A stretch of 43,197 nucleotides of DNA, taken from assembly GCA_003131985.1 (NCBI GenBank), contig PKWH01000231.1:1-43197 (forward strand), in the 5' to 3' direction. This stretch comes from Acidobacteriota bacterium (GTDB lineage: Bacteria; Acidobacteriota; Terriglobia; Acidiferrales; UBA7541). Under the pieces are notes generated by a model. The model worked only from the letters and a program-made list of their open reading frames with translations. It ran no database searches and was not told the origin of the DNA. Position numbers and translations under genes: made by a program. Numbering within the stretch: position 1 is the first letter of the stretch; the number at the start of each line of letters is the position of its first letter. Below are positions 17,340-27,795 of this stretch, one piece after another.

Positions 17340-19139
17340 ATGAAAAAAACATATCTTTTTATGCTGGTCCTGTTGTTCGCTCCGCTCGCGGCTCGCGCCG
17401 CTGGAGGTGGAGCATGCCCTTCCGACGCACAGTACGTTAATCCGACCAATCCGACTGGACCACTTGTAACGCTTTCCAGTATCGGCATCACGAGTTGCTT
17501 CTACTTTGCTGACAGTGGCCTCGACACCAATGCCGGCACCACGGAAGCTGCCCCATTTTTGCATGCTCCCTTCATGCCGAACTGCGCATCATCGTGCGCT
17601 GCAGCTCAGGCTGCTTTTGGCCCGGGAGAGGGAATCATTGCGCGTGGAGGTGATACCTGGCACTACTTTTCGGGCACTCCTCTAATCGGCTTGCCGAGCG
17701 GCTGGCCTACAGGCAAAAATGGCTACGCATGGCATATGACTGTGAGCGGGACAAGCGCGAATCCAGTCTACATCGGCGTGGACAAAAATTGGTTCTCGGG
17801 CAGCGCATGGACGCGCCCGGTAATCACTACGGACAACCCTATTTTCACGCCATCTGCTCCAGCGTTTTCAAACCCTGCCTCGACATCTGTTTCACGTTGC
17901 GCCTTTCCGCAAGGGAATTTAGATGACTTCGCGGTTACCGGCCCCACGTTCTGGATATTCGATAATTTCGAATTCACGGGCATGTGCTGGAACGATAGAA
18001 CCGATGGCGGCACCGGCTCGAACGAGCACAATATGATTAAGCAGTTTCAGGGCGGCGGCACGGGAAGTTCTCCCCGCTATATTTTCAATACCTACACACA
18101 CGGCTGGAGCCACACGAGTTTCGCAGATTGCGCCAGCTCGGGAGCCTGCAACGGTCCATCCGCATTTCTGGGGAGCACTCAGGCGATCGACTCTGGACTT
18201 GTACTCGCATTCAACGTAGTGGATGGCTCGGATTCCGACGATTTCTCATTCAGCTTCGGATTCGGTGATGGTTACGACGTGGAAGAAAACGTCTTTAGGC
18301 ACTTAGGTGGGACGCAGATATTTGATAATTGCCATTCGGTCCATGACAACCTGTTCGAGTACATCAATAATGGGAACGATAATATGACTCACGGGGATAT
18401 GTTTTTCTGCGAGAGCGATGTCCAGCCGACGCAGAACAATTTCTTCTATAATAATTTAGTTCGGTATATAGCTACGGAATACAATCAAGACGCGCTCTCG
18501 GCGGTTTGGTGGCTCACTCCGTCACCCGGAAAAGCCGACTATTTTTACAATAACGTGGGCCATGACGTGAACTGTGATGGCGACTGCAACAATATGGGGC
18601 AATCGGGGCAATCTAATAGCAGTTCGCAAATTCTGATCTACAATAACACCTGGCAGTCGGTGCCCGTCAATGGACAGAATTTTAAGATTTTCGGCAACAC
18701 TTCATTCCCGGGAGCCATCACCAGTCAAAACAATCACTGGATTACGAATGGAGGAACCGGCTGCGGAAATATATTCACCGGAACCGCAAACGTCAACGGC
18801 GGAAACACCGCGTGCTCGGGCGACGTATTCCAGACGATTGCAGCAGCGAATGCGCAGGGATACACGTCCGCCAACGACTATGCCCCGACGGCAGCATCTA
18901 CAGCCACGGCAGGGAAAGTGGAGAACGAAACCGGCATCGCCGGCACATTCGGTCTAGCGTTCCTACAGAGCACCTCGAATGGGTGTGCTTACAACCCCGC
19001 AGGCCATACGGTGACTTGCCCGGCGATAACCGTATCCAATCGGCCATCCATCGGAAACTGGGATGCCGGAGCATACGTATCCGGCAGCTCCGACCAGCCC
19101 CCAGCACCGGCGAATCTGGCAGCAACCGTCAACAACTAG
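17340..19139 (+). CDS. Secreted Cys-rich protein with parallel beta-helix-like repeats (possible polysaccharide lyase or hydrolase)
   Basis: The internal ATG at 17340 gives a clean signal peptide, MKKTYLFMLVLLFAPLAARAAGG. Recurrent N-N/aromatic rungs occur (NNFFYNNLVRY, DYFYNNVGHD, ILIYNNTWQS, SQNNHWITNG). The track ORF start at 17199 is probably an upstream extension. Confidence 0.45.
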   Translation: MKKTYLFMLVLLFAPLAARAAGGGACPSDAQYVNPTNPTGPLVTLSSIGITSCFYFADSGLDTNAGTTEAAPFLHAPFMPNCASSCAAAQAAFGPGEGIIARGGDTWHYFSGTPLIGLPSGWPTGKNGYAWHMTVSGTSANPVYIGVDKNWFSGSAWTRPVITTDNPIFTPSAPAFSNPASTSVSRCAFPQGNLDDFAVTGPTFWIFDNFEFTGMCWNDRTDGGTGSNEHNMIKQFQGGGTGSSPRYIFNTYTHGWSHTSFADCASSGACNGPSAFLGSTQAIDSGLVLAFNVVDGSDSDDFSFSFGFGDGYDVEENVFRHLGGTQIFDNCHSVHDNLFEYINNGNDNMTHGDMFFCESDVQPTQNNFFYNNLVRYIATEYNQDALSAVWWLTPSPGKADYFYNNVGHDVNCDGDCNNMGQSGQSNSSSQILIYNNTWQSVPVNGQNFKIFGNTSFPGAITSQNNHWITNGGTGCGNIFTGTANVNGGNTACSGDVFQTIAAANAQGYTSANDYAPTAASTATAGKVENETGIAGTFGLAFLQSTSNGCAYNPAGHTVTCPAITVSNRPSIGNWDAGAYVSGSSDQPPAPANLAATVNN

Positions 19140-19272
19140 GTTTTTAGCAGGAGTTTGAACTTGCCGCAGCCCCGGAATTAAGATACGAAAAAGGCCCGGT
19201 CCAGCGTTTCCACGCGGGCCGGGTCCCAGCACTCCTTAGCTCACTCTCCCAAATACTCGTGAAGTGTTAGAT

Positions 19273-20103
19273 ATGGCCGATACGAAATCAATTACATTTG
19301 TTATCGCTGTTAATAATAAGAACGTCTTCGAGAGCAATTTTCTGGCGTCGCCGTGCCTTAACGGCTCTCATCCTCACCAGATTCTTGTGCAAGAGGGCTT
19401 TTCTTCCGCGTCGATTGCCTATAATGACGCCATCGATCGAAGTACCAACGATTTGATCGTTTTCGCGCATCAGGACATGATATTCCCCGAATTCTGGCTG
19501 TTGGATTTGCAGCGCGCGCTCGATTCGTTGCAACAGACAGACCCAGAGTGGGGAGTTTTGGGATGCTATGGCGTTACGCTCGATGAAGGCCGCGGATACA
19601 TATACTCCGGCGGCCTGGGAGTCATGGGGAAACCCACGGATCGTCCCGGACCTGTGCAGACTCTGGACGAAATCGTTCTAATATTGAGGAAATCCTCGGG
19701 GCTGCGCTTTGACGACCGCTTGCCGCACTTCCACTTTTATGGCGCGGACATTTGCATGACAGCAGCCGCTCGCGGCTTGAAGAGTTACGCCATCACCGCA
19801 TTCTGCATCCACAACACGCAACAGATTTTCATTCTTCCCAAGGAATTCTACGAAAGTTACAGATATATGAAGTGCAAGTGGAAAAACTCGCTCCCGATCA
19901 GCACCACTTGCGTGACAATAACCAGATTCGATTTCTATACGTACCAGAGGCGGCTCTTGGAACTTTACCTGCGCTTCATCCGCAGGAAAGAAACTGGCGC
20001 GGTCCGCGTAAAGGATGGACGAGCGCTTCTGGCCGAACTCGGAGACATATCGAGAGGCGGCGCTGAACTTGCCTCTCAGAACGACGGGTGCGCACGCTCT
20101 TGA
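19273..20103 (+). CDS. Putative glycosyltransferase-like protein (GT-A-like N-terminus)
   Basis: ITFVIAVNNKNVFESNFLASP...ASIAYNDAIDRSTNDLIVFAHQDMIF resembles the nucleotide-sugar-binding half of GT-A enzymes. Family not resolved. An alternative GTG start is at 19264. Confidence 0.45.
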   Translation: MADTKSITFVIAVNNKNVFESNFLASPCLNGSHPHQILVQEGFSSASIAYNDAIDRSTNDLIVFAHQDMIFPEFWLLDLQRALDSLQQTDPEWGVLGCYGVTLDEGRGYIYSGGLGVMGKPTDRPGPVQTLDEIVLILRKSSGLRFDDRLPHFHFYGADICMTAAARGLKSYAITAFCIHNTQQIFILPKEFYESYRYMKCKWKNSLPISTTCVTITRFDFYTYQRRLLELYLRFIRRKETGAVRVKDGRALLAELGDISRGGAELASQNDGCARS

Positions 20104-21578
20104 TCTCTCAATCGTACGGACAGTTGAAGAAGTATCTCGCAGGTGCGCTTTCTGGAGAAGGTCTCAAAGCCAAAGTTTTCCGCGGAGGCGCCTGGCTGGG
20201 CACCGGGAGTGTTGTAGAGCAGATGTTCCGGTTCGGCCGCAGTATGCTCTTGACCCGGTTGCTCGCACCAGAAGCATTCGGGATCATGGCCGTTATTATG
20301 TCGGCAACTTCGGCAATCCACACGATCACGGATATCGGCGTCAAAGAAGCTCTGATTCAAAATCCCCGGGGCACGGAAGAGCATTACATGCGTGCAGCAT
20401 GGTGGCTGGCGTTGGGACGCGCGGTGGCGATCGCCTCTTTCGTTTGCCTTATTGCTCCTTGGATTGCGAAGTTCTACGGAAATTCGGAGATGACGCCCCT
20501 CCTGCGCGTGGCTACGCTTGCAGTTGTTTTTGACGGTGCCTTCAGCTCTAAAGCGTACATAGCCATGAAGGAAATGAAGTTCTCAAAATGGGCATGGATC
20601 AATCACGGCGGCGGAATCGTCGGCATACTCATTACGATAACCCTGAGTTTTTTCCTTCGGGATGTCTGGGCACTCGTGCTGGGCGTTTGCGCCGAAAGCG
20701 CCGCGCGATGCACGCTATCTTTTATAATTTGTCCGTATCTTCCGTTGTTTTCGTGGGACAAAGAGGCCATGAAAGATCTGCTGACGTTTTCGAAAGGGTT
20801 ATTCGGGCTATCCTTTTTGAATCTCATCTTCGCGCGCACCGATATTTTCGTGCTGGCTAAGCTATACCCTGCGGCACAGTTGGGCTTGTACAGCATGGCG
20901 ATTTATTTGGCGCAGACACCGGTAAATTACATTATGAATTTGCTGGGGCAAACAATGTTGCCGACATTTTCCCAGATTCAGAACGATAACTTGCGAGTAA
21001 ATCGAATTATGATACAAGTGTCGTCTCTCCTTTTATTTCTCGGTGTACCTGCGCTCGTGTTCGTGTTCTTCTGCGGGCATTCTTTGCTCGCAATTGTCTT
21101 CGGTCAGCGCTATAGCGCGGCGACGGCAGCTCTGATCGCGACTTGTGCCGTCGCTTTGGTGAACCTTTTGAATTCACAGATAACGGTCGTTTTCTATGCA
21201 AAGGGCCGTCCTCAACTCCACCGTCGGTGCGTCCTGATCATGGCGATAATCATGATCGTCATCACGTATCCTTTCGCTAAGTGGTTTGGCCTTGTGGGCG
21301 GGCAGTTGGCATGCCTGGTCGCGGTTGTTGTCGGCTACCTTTTTCAGGTTGCGCGCGTTCGAGGCCTCACCGACCTTGATCTTTCGCGGTACTGGAAGAG
21401 CTTTCCGATTGCCGTCGGAGTGTCTGTTAGCGTTGCCGCAGTTTGCTTAGGTGCGAGGCTTTCGCCGGCGCTGGCACACCCTGTCCCGACCATTATCGTT
21501 GGTGTATTGGGATGCTTGCTGGCCTATGTATTCAGTGCGGCGTTCGTTCTCCATAACAATCGAAGCATAGCGGAGTAG
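20088..21578 (+). CDS. MOP-superfamily polysaccharide flippase (Wzx/PST-type)
   Basis: 496 aa with about 12-14 TM segments. The N-terminal pattern LKAKVFRGGAWLGTGSVVEQMFRFGRSMLLTRLLAPEAFGIMAV is typical of Wzx/RfbX-type transporters. Confidence 0.8.
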   Translation: MRTLLISQSYGQLKKYLAGALSGEGLKAKVFRGGAWLGTGSVVEQMFRFGRSMLLTRLLAPEAFGIMAVIMSATSAIHTITDIGVKEALIQNPRGTEEHYMRAAWWLALGRAVAIASFVCLIAPWIAKFYGNSEMTPLLRVATLAVVFDGAFSSKAYIAMKEMKFSKWAWINHGGGIVGILITITLSFFLRDVWALVLGVCAESAARCTLSFIICPYLPLFSWDKEAMKDLLTFSKGLFGLSFLNLIFARTDIFVLAKLYPAAQLGLYSMAIYLAQTPVNYIMNLLGQTMLPTFSQIQNDNLRVNRIMIQVSSLLLFLGVPALVFVFFCGHSLLAIVFGQRYSAATAALIATCAVALVNLLNSQITVVFYAKGRPQLHRRCVLIMAIIMIVITYPFAKWFGLVGGQLACLVAVVVGYLFQVARVRGLTDLDLSRYWKSFPIAVGVSVSVAAVCLGARLSPALAHPVPTIIVGVLGCLLAYVFSAAFVLHNNRSIAE

Positions 21579-21581
21579 AAA

Positions 21582-22283
21582 ATGAATGCATCGCGTGCCG
21601 CGAAGGACCTACAACGCATCGACCAATCTGGAGGAGTAGAGGCATATTCGTCGAAGGATGCGGCTTATTTTGCCGGTGCTCGGCGTGACTATGTAGCTGA
21701 ATTGCCGCGAAATGCCAATGGCAAGATTCTGGAGGTCGGATGCGCAAGCGGAATGACCGGCGCGCTGGCTCTCTCAGAAGGAAAGTGTGGATTCTATTGC
21801 GGCATCGAGATTTGCGAAGGGGCCGCGGAAAACGCGAAGAGTAAAATTAACGAAGTTCTCTTGGGAAATGTTGAGACACTGGAATTGCCGTGGGATCCGG
21901 AAACATTTGACGCTCTGATTCTTAGCGAGGTGCTGGAACACCTGGTCGACCCCTGGACGACACTTCGAAAATTGCGCCCGCTCTTAAAGTCAGGGAGTTT
22001 GGTTTTCGCGAGTTCTCCCAATATTTCTTACTACAGAGTCATATCGATGTTAGCCGGAGGAAAATGGACGTTGACGGACTTCGGACCGATGGACCGAACT
22101 CATTTGAGATGGTTCACCCCTGACGCTTATCGGAACCTTTTTGAGTCGTGTAATTACCAAGTTGATGGTTTGCGAGAGCATCAACCGCTAGGCAAGAAGG
22201 CCCATGTAATTGATCTGCTGACTTTTGGTCGTTTCAAGTATCTATTCATTGAACAAATCGATCTGAGAGCCCACTGCGTCTGA
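21582..22283 (+). CDS. Class I SAM-dependent methyltransferase
   Basis: Motif I ILEVGCASGMTG and the post-I/II block FDALILSEVLEHLVDPW. Confidence 0.8.
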   Translation: MNASRAAKDLQRIDQSGGVEAYSSKDAAYFAGARRDYVAELPRNANGKILEVGCASGMTGALALSEGKCGFYCGIEICEGAAENAKSKINEVLLGNVETLELPWDPETFDALILSEVLEHLVDPWTTLRKLRPLLKSGSLVFASSPNISYYRVISMLAGGKWTLTDFGPMDRTHLRWFTPDAYRNLFESCNYQVDGLREHQPLGKKAHVIDLLTFGRFKYLFIEQIDLRAHCV

Positions 22284-22358
22284 GCGGACCTTGTTCGAGT
22301 TCGGCAAACAATCACGATGAATTCCCTCCTACGACCTTTAACCCAAATGGGGAAATAA

Positions 22359-23588
22359 GTGAACCGGAAGACAGATCGAGTGCGGGTGCTTTACAGCTTT
22401 CCGCACAAACTCGGGGCGGATCGGATTTGCCATACCGCGTGGCAACAGGTGAACGGGATCGCGGCAGCTGGCGCGGACGTCCTGCTGTTTCCCGGCGCAC
22501 TCAGCAGATCTGCACCACCAGGGGTAAGAGTTCAACCCACCCTGGCCAAGGGAAAGCTGCGCATTCCGTACAAGGTGCTCGGCAGCATGCGCGCCTTTGC
22601 CCTCCACGACTACATCGTTTCGCGCCGCCTGGAAAAATTGGCCGGAGAAGTTGACATTGTCCACGCGTGGCCCCTCGGCTCGCTTCGAACCCTGCAGGTG
22701 GCAGCAAGACTTGGGATTCCGACTGTGCTTGAGAGACCCAATGCACACACGCGGTTCGCTTACGAGGTAGTGCAGAAGGAATGCGAACGGCTGGGAGTGA
22801 CGCTGCCCGCCGGTCACGAGCACGCCTACAAAGAAGGCGTCCTTATAAAAGAAGAAGCGGAATACAAGCTGGCGACCCGTCTTTTGTGCCCTTCTGATTT
22901 CGTTGCGCGGACGTTTCTGGAACGTGGCTTTTCTGCGGAACAACTTGCTCGGCATCAGTATGGCTATGACGAGCGCATTTACCATCCCGGCGTGACGCCG
23001 CGGGAAAAGGGTACTGGGTTAACCATTTTGTTTGTTGGCGGCTGCGCACCCAGAAAGGGCGTCCATTACGCCTTGGAAGCCTGGTTGCAATCGCCGGCTC
23101 ACCGGAATGGAAGTTTCCTGATTGCAGGGGAGTTTCTGCCGGCATACGCCGAAAAACTCGGGCCCATGCTATCCGACCGCAGCGTGCACGTGCTGGGACA
23201 CCGAAAAGATGTCCCGGAACTGATGCGGGAAGCCGACATCCTCATTCTGCCAAGCATTGAGGAAGGGAGCGCACTGGTGACTTCGGAAGCAAGGGGCAGC
23301 GGATGTGTGTTGCTGGTATCGGATGCCGCCGGCGCGATTTGTAAGCATATGGAAAATGGTCTCGTGCACTCCGTCGGAGATGTCGCAGCGCTTAGTCAGC
23401 ACATCACAATGTTGCATGAGGATCGCGCACTCTTGGAGAGACTGCGCGTGAACTCGTTGCGCACCATCAACGAAATCACTTGGACGGCTGCGGGGAAGAT
23501 ACTAGTGGATGTGTATCGAGAGACGATCGAAATGAAAAAGAGCGAAGCGCGGCCGGCAGAGTACCGCTTGGCGGATGCGCGAGAGTGA
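22359..23588 (+). CDS. GT-B glycosyltransferase (GT4/group 1)
   Basis: C-terminal donor-binding signature ADILILPSIEEGSALVTSEARGSGCVLLVSD (E-x7-E type). GTG start. Confidence 0.85.
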   Translation: MNRKTDRVRVLYSFPHKLGADRICHTAWQQVNGIAAAGADVLLFPGALSRSAPPGVRVQPTLAKGKLRIPYKVLGSMRAFALHDYIVSRRLEKLAGEVDIVHAWPLGSLRTLQVAARLGIPTVLERPNAHTRFAYEVVQKECERLGVTLPAGHEHAYKEGVLIKEEAEYKLATRLLCPSDFVARTFLERGFSAEQLARHQYGYDERIYHPGVTPREKGTGLTILFVGGCAPRKGVHYALEAWLQSPAHRNGSFLIAGEFLPAYAEKLGPMLSDRSVHVLGHRKDVPELMREADILILPSIEEGSALVTSEARGSGCVLLVSDAAGAICKHMENGLVHSVGDVAALSQHITMLHEDRALLERLRVNSLRTINEITWTAAGKILVDVYRETIEMKKSEARPAEYRLADARE

Positions 23589-23638
23589 CGGCCGACTTTC
23601 CGCAATCCGGCAGGGAAAAACAAGAAAACGAGACGCGC

Positions 23639-24577
23639 ATGGATGTGTCGATCGTTTACGTGAACTGGAACTCGGCGGACTATATCGCCGAGTCCATCCG
23701 CAGTGTTTACGAACAGACTCACGGAATCCAATTTGAAATTATTGTGGTGGACAATGCTTCATCCGCCGGGAATGTGGACCTGCTTAAAGAGCAGTTCCCG
23801 GCTATCACACTGATAAAAAGCGCGACGAATGTTGGATTTGCGGGAGCAAACAATCTTGGTTACAAAAGTTGCTCGGGCGAAAACATACTTTTTCTGAATC
23901 CGGACACGAAGCTGGTGAGCCCGGCGATCAACGCCATGCTGCGGCATCTTCGGTCGTTGCCGGACGCCGGAATCATCGGATGCAAGTTGTTGAATTCCGA
24001 CCTGTCCGTGCAGACGAGTTGCATTCAGACCTTTCCGACCATTCTTAATCAGGTTCTCGATGTCGATTTTCTGCGACGGCGCTGGCCGAAGAGTCCATTG
24101 TGGGGGATTGGCCCGCTTTACTCAGATAGCACTGAACCCGCAAAGGTGGAAGTCGTGTCTGGCGCGTGTTTGATGATCAAGCGCGCTGTGTTTGAAAAGG
24201 TCTCTTTGTTCAGCGAAGACTATTTCATGTATGCCGAAGATTTGGATCTTTGCTACAAAGTCGTCCAGGCTGGTTTCGCAAATTACTATACCGGCGAAGG
24301 GACGGTCATCCATTACGGAGGGAAGAGCAGCGAACCTCAGTCAGCGACCATGATGAAATGGAGAGCCATCCCGCGCTTTTGCGACAAGAGCCGGGGACGA
24401 TTCTACGGGTTTATTTTCCGAATCGTCATGGCATTGACTGCCATGGGGCGCCTTGCGGTTATTAAGATTGCGTCGGTGTTCGGAAACACGTTTGCGCCGA
24501 AGACGGATTTGAATTCGGCTCTGGCGAAGTGGCGCACCATTCTAAGCGTCTTGTTGACTCAATCTGCGCCGAGCTGA
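23639..24577 (+). CDS. GT2-family glycosyltransferase
   Basis: VSIVYVNWNSADYIAESIRSVYEQT...IIVVDNASS...GFAGANNLG...LFLNPD are GT2 hallmarks. The track ORF (23480) extends upstream into the previous gene, so I chose ATG 23639. GTG 23585 is an alternative. Confidence 0.8.
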   Translation: MDVSIVYVNWNSADYIAESIRSVYEQTHGIQFEIIVVDNASSAGNVDLLKEQFPAITLIKSATNVGFAGANNLGYKSCSGENILFLNPDTKLVSPAINAMLRHLRSLPDAGIIGCKLLNSDLSVQTSCIQTFPTILNQVLDVDFLRRRWPKSPLWGIGPLYSDSTEPAKVEVVSGACLMIKRAVFEKVSLFSEDYFMYAEDLDLCYKVVQAGFANYYTGEGTVIHYGGKSSEPQSATMMKWRAIPRFCDKSRGRFYGFIFRIVMALTAMGRLAVIKIASVFGNTFAPKTDLNSALAKWRTILSVLLTQSAPS

Positions 24578-24723
24578 GACTCGAGAGTCAAGGAATTTGC
24601 GGCGGCTTCTCGAATTCAGCTCACGGTTCGAGCAGTGCGTTCGACAACAGGCCGCACCGCTAGTTTGTTACTGATGCATAAAGATATATCCCGTCCGCCA
24701 AGCGGCTCGATTCCCTATAGAAT

Positions 24724-25605
24724 ATGAATATGAGTGCATCGACCACAAACTATGTAGTCATAAGCCCCGTTCGCGATGAAGAGGCTTATATTCGATTTAC
24801 GGTCGACTGCATGGCCCGTCAAACGATTCTTCCCAAAGAATGGATCATCGTAGATGACGGCTCCACGGACAATACGGGAAGCATCATCGATGAATATGCC
24901 CGGCAATATCCCTGGATTCGGGTCATTCACCGCGGGAACCGGGGCTTTCGAAAAGCGGGCGGCGGCGTTGTGGATGCGTTCAATGAGGGCTACCAAGCGA
25001 TCCAATTTCAAGACTGGGACTTCGTGGTCAAACTGGATGGCGATCTTTCCTTTGAGCCTGATTATTTCGAAAAGTGTTTTGCGAATTTTGAGAGCGATCC
25101 TCGCTTGGGTGTAGGCGGAGGCGCGATTTGCTACATCATTAATGGAGTGAAGGAATTCGAAAAGTGCCCGGCTTTTCACGTTCGGGGAGCCACTAAGATT
25201 TACAGGCGCGGCTGTTGGGATGCCATCGGCGGGTTTTGGCCCGCGCCCGGCTGGGACACGATGGATGAAGTAAAAGCCAGCATGCTGGGTTGGACAACCA
25301 TGAGTTTTCCAGACCTCCATATTCTCCACCACAGGTTTACGGGAACAGCGGAGGGTTGGTGGGCCGGCATGGTCAAGAACGGAAGAGCGAACTACATCTG
25401 CGGCTATCATCCGCTGTTCATGGTTTCCAAATGTCTGCTCCGGCTGGTCCAAAGACCTTATGTCATCGGTTCTACTGCGCTATTTTATGGATTCATCAGC
25501 GGATACTTGAAACGAGTTCCGCAGGTGAATGATCCCGAGACGATCAACTATCTGCGACGCCAGCAGCTCAGCCGCTTGTGGGGTCGTGAAACGATTTGGA
25601 GATGA
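24724..25605 (+). CDS. GT2-family glycosyltransferase
   Basis: VVISPVRDEEAYIRFTVDCMARQTILPKEWIIVDDGSTDNTGSIIDEY plus the KLDGDL (DxD-like) motif. The minus ORF 24715..25452 is antisense shadow. Confidence 0.8.
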   Translation: MNMSASTTNYVVISPVRDEEAYIRFTVDCMARQTILPKEWIIVDDGSTDNTGSIIDEYARQYPWIRVIHRGNRGFRKAGGGVVDAFNEGYQAIQFQDWDFVVKLDGDLSFEPDYFEKCFANFESDPRLGVGGGAICYIINGVKEFEKCPAFHVRGATKIYRRGCWDAIGGFWPAPGWDTMDEVKASMLGWTTMSFPDLHILHHRFTGTAEGWWAGMVKNGRANYICGYHPLFMVSKCLLRLVQRPYVIGSTALFYGFISGYLKRVPQVNDPETINYLRRQQLSRLWGRETIWR

Positions 25606-25900
25606 CATTCTCTGGAACAAATTTGAAGAGCGGAACATTTTCCGCACTTTTGGGGACCGTTTTTCCGTAATTAGGTTCAGCGGGATGTGATGGCCACTGC
25701 TCCGGTCGAATATCTACGTATCAATAAGAAAATAAATGAGTTATTGAGCTAGTAATCTCAAGATTCACGCACCTTGGTACGATAAGTGCGTTTATCTTTA
25801 TCGGTTACGTCGTTGTGGTGTACGTTTAGCAACTTTGGGCGATTTGATTCGAACGTTCCGGGCGCCGCTTGAGTCGGCTCTTCGGAAATGAGAGGAATCC

Positions 25901-26677
25901 ATGAAAGGTGTAGTACTGGCGGGCGGGACGGGCAGTCGGCTGAATCCGTTGACCCGGGTAACGAACAAGCATCTGCTGCCCATTTACGACAAGCCCATGG
26001 TGTATTACCCGATCCAGACTCTTGTAAACGCCGGGATTGAAGAAATCCTGCTGGTCACCGGCGGCAAGAACGCCGGAGATTTCCTCAGGCTCCTGGGAAA
26101 CGGCCGAGATTTCGGCTTGAAACATTTGAACTACACCTATCAAGAAGGAGAAGGCGGCATCGCTGAAGCCCTGGGCTTGGCGGAATTCTTTGCAGGCGGT
26201 GAACCAATCTGCGTGATCCTTGGCGACAACATCATCGAAAACAACGTCTGCGACGCGGTTAAGAATTTCCAGAAGCAGGAAAGCGGCGCAAAAATTCTTC
26301 TCAAAGAAGTGACGGACGCCCAGCGATTTGGCGTTGCGGAACTTCGCGGCGAGCACGTTGTGGGGATCGAGGAAAAGCCCAAAGCTCCGAAATCAAACTA
26401 TGCCGTGATCGGCATCTATCTGTACGACGCGAGCGTGTTTCAAAAGATCCGCCGCCTCAAGCCTTCGGGCCGCGGCGAGCTGGAAATCACCGACGTCAAC
26501 AACTTCTACATCGAGGAAGATAAGTTGACGTATGAAATTCTCGACGGTTGGTGGACCGATGCCGGAACGTTCGAATCGCTGCTCCACGCCAACACGCTGG
26601 TCGCTAAAACAGGCGCGAACAAGTTGGCGCACGGCAGCCGCGGTGCGGTGGCCGCACGGCAGGAAGTGACTCGATGA
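25901..26677 (+). CDS. rmlA: Glucose-1-phosphate thymidylyltransferase (short form)
   Basis: MKGVVLAGGTGSRLNPLTRVTNKHLLPIYDKPMVYYPIQTLVNAGI, immediately followed by rmlB, rmlC and rmlD. Confidence 0.85.
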   Translation: MKGVVLAGGTGSRLNPLTRVTNKHLLPIYDKPMVYYPIQTLVNAGIEEILLVTGGKNAGDFLRLLGNGRDFGLKHLNYTYQEGEGGIAEALGLAEFFAGGEPICVILGDNIIENNVCDAVKNFQKQESGAKILLKEVTDAQRFGVAELRGEHVVGIEEKPKAPKSNYAVIGIYLYDASVFQKIRRLKPSGRGELEITDVNNFYIEEDKLTYEILDGWWTDAGTFESLLHANTLVAKTGANKLAHGSRGAVAARQEVTR

Positions 26678-27723
26678 AGCTCTTCGTTACAGGCGGAGCC
26701 GGTTTCATCGGCTCGAACTTTATCCGTCATGTCCTGGCTTTGAAGAAGGGTTATTCGGTCGTTAACTACGACAAGTTGACCTATGCCGGCAATCTGGCGA
26801 ACCTGGAATCGATTGCGGAAGACCCTCGCTATTCGTTCGTCAGAGGCGACATTTGCGATGCAGCCGCAGTGGAACAAGCTTTGCGAGGCTGCAACGCGAT
26901 AGTTCACTTCGCGGCGGAATCGCACGTGGATCGCAGCATCTATGAGCCCGCCGCTTCGATCGAGACGAATGTGAAGGGTACATTCGTTCTTCTGCAAATC
27001 GCCCGAAAACTGGGCGTCGAACGGTTCGTTCACATCTCCACCGATGAAGTCTATGGCGACATGCTTCCCGGCGCTTTCGCTGACGAAAACTCGCCGTTGC
27101 AACCCAGCAGTCCGTATTCTTCGTCCAAGGCCGGTTCGGATCTGCTTGTGCGTTCGTACGTGCGCACTTACGGATTCCCGGCGCTGATCACGCGCTCGTC
27201 GAACAATTACGGTCCTTTTCAGTTTCCGGAAAAATTTATGCCTTTGATGATCACGAATGCCCTAGACGACAAACCGCTTCCCATCTACGGCGATGGGAAG
27301 CAGCAACGCGATTGGCTCCACGTTGAGGATAATTGTCGCGGCGTCGTAGCGGTGCTCGAAAGAGGACGCATCGGCGAGGTTTACAACATTGGAGGGCTCG
27401 ACGTAGAAGAAAATTTGACCATGTTGCATCGTCTGCTTCGCGTACTCGGGAAGCCGGATTCGCTGCTCACCTACGTAAAAGACCGGCCCGGACACGATCG
27501 CCGGTACGCGCTCGATTGCGCGAAGATGGAAAAGGAACTCGGCTGGAAGCCGGCTATTTCGCTCGACGAAGGACTGCGTCAGACGATCGGCTGGTACCAA
27601 AGCAATTCGGATTGGATGGCGGGGGTTCGCAAGGGCGACTACCTCTCCTACTACGACAAGTATTACGTGAACCGCGATACTTCGCTTCACGCAATCGCGG
27701 ACGGTGGGAAAGCTCCACGGTAG
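26674..27723 (+). CDS. rmlB: dTDP-glucose 4,6-dehydratase
   Basis: MKLFVTGGAGFIGSNF, HFAAESHVDRS, STDEVYG and the YSSSKA catalytic motif. ATGA overlap with rmlA. Confidence 0.9.
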   Translation: MKLFVTGGAGFIGSNFIRHVLALKKGYSVVNYDKLTYAGNLANLESIAEDPRYSFVRGDICDAAAVEQALRGCNAIVHFAAESHVDRSIYEPAASIETNVKGTFVLLQIARKLGVERFVHISTDEVYGDMLPGAFADENSPLQPSSPYSSSKAGSDLLVRSYVRTYGFPALITRSSNNYGPFQFPEKFMPLMITNALDDKPLPIYGDGKQQRDWLHVEDNCRGVVAVLERGRIGEVYNIGGLDVEENLTMLHRLLRVLGKPDSLLTYVKDRPGHDRRYALDCAKMEKELGWKPAISLDEGLRQTIGWYQSNSDWMAGVRKGDYLSYYDKYYVNRDTSLHAIADGGKAPR

Positions 27724-27795
27724 CGAAAATCCGCCGTCCTCGCACGATGTTAGACTCTCCAGGCGAGCCCGATATTTTCATAGGGTGTGAATTCG

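Noticed and set aside
19185-19235. A GC-rich segment, aaaggcccggtccagcgtttccacgcgggccgggtccc, after the beta-helix gene that looked like a terminator.
   Set aside because: The two GC-rich arms are direct repeats, not inverted ones, so no stable hairpin forms.
25767-25791. Upstream of rmlA there is either a small hairpin (acgcac-N13-gtgcgt followed by a T-rich run) acting as a terminator, or a sigma-54-like TGGTAC-N5-GTGCG with correct spacing.
   Set aside because: - The stem is only 6 bp with a 13-nt loop and an interrupted U-tract.
- The sigma-54 match specifies only about 8 positions, so about one chance hit is expected in this window.
- Neither reading is strong enough to annotate.
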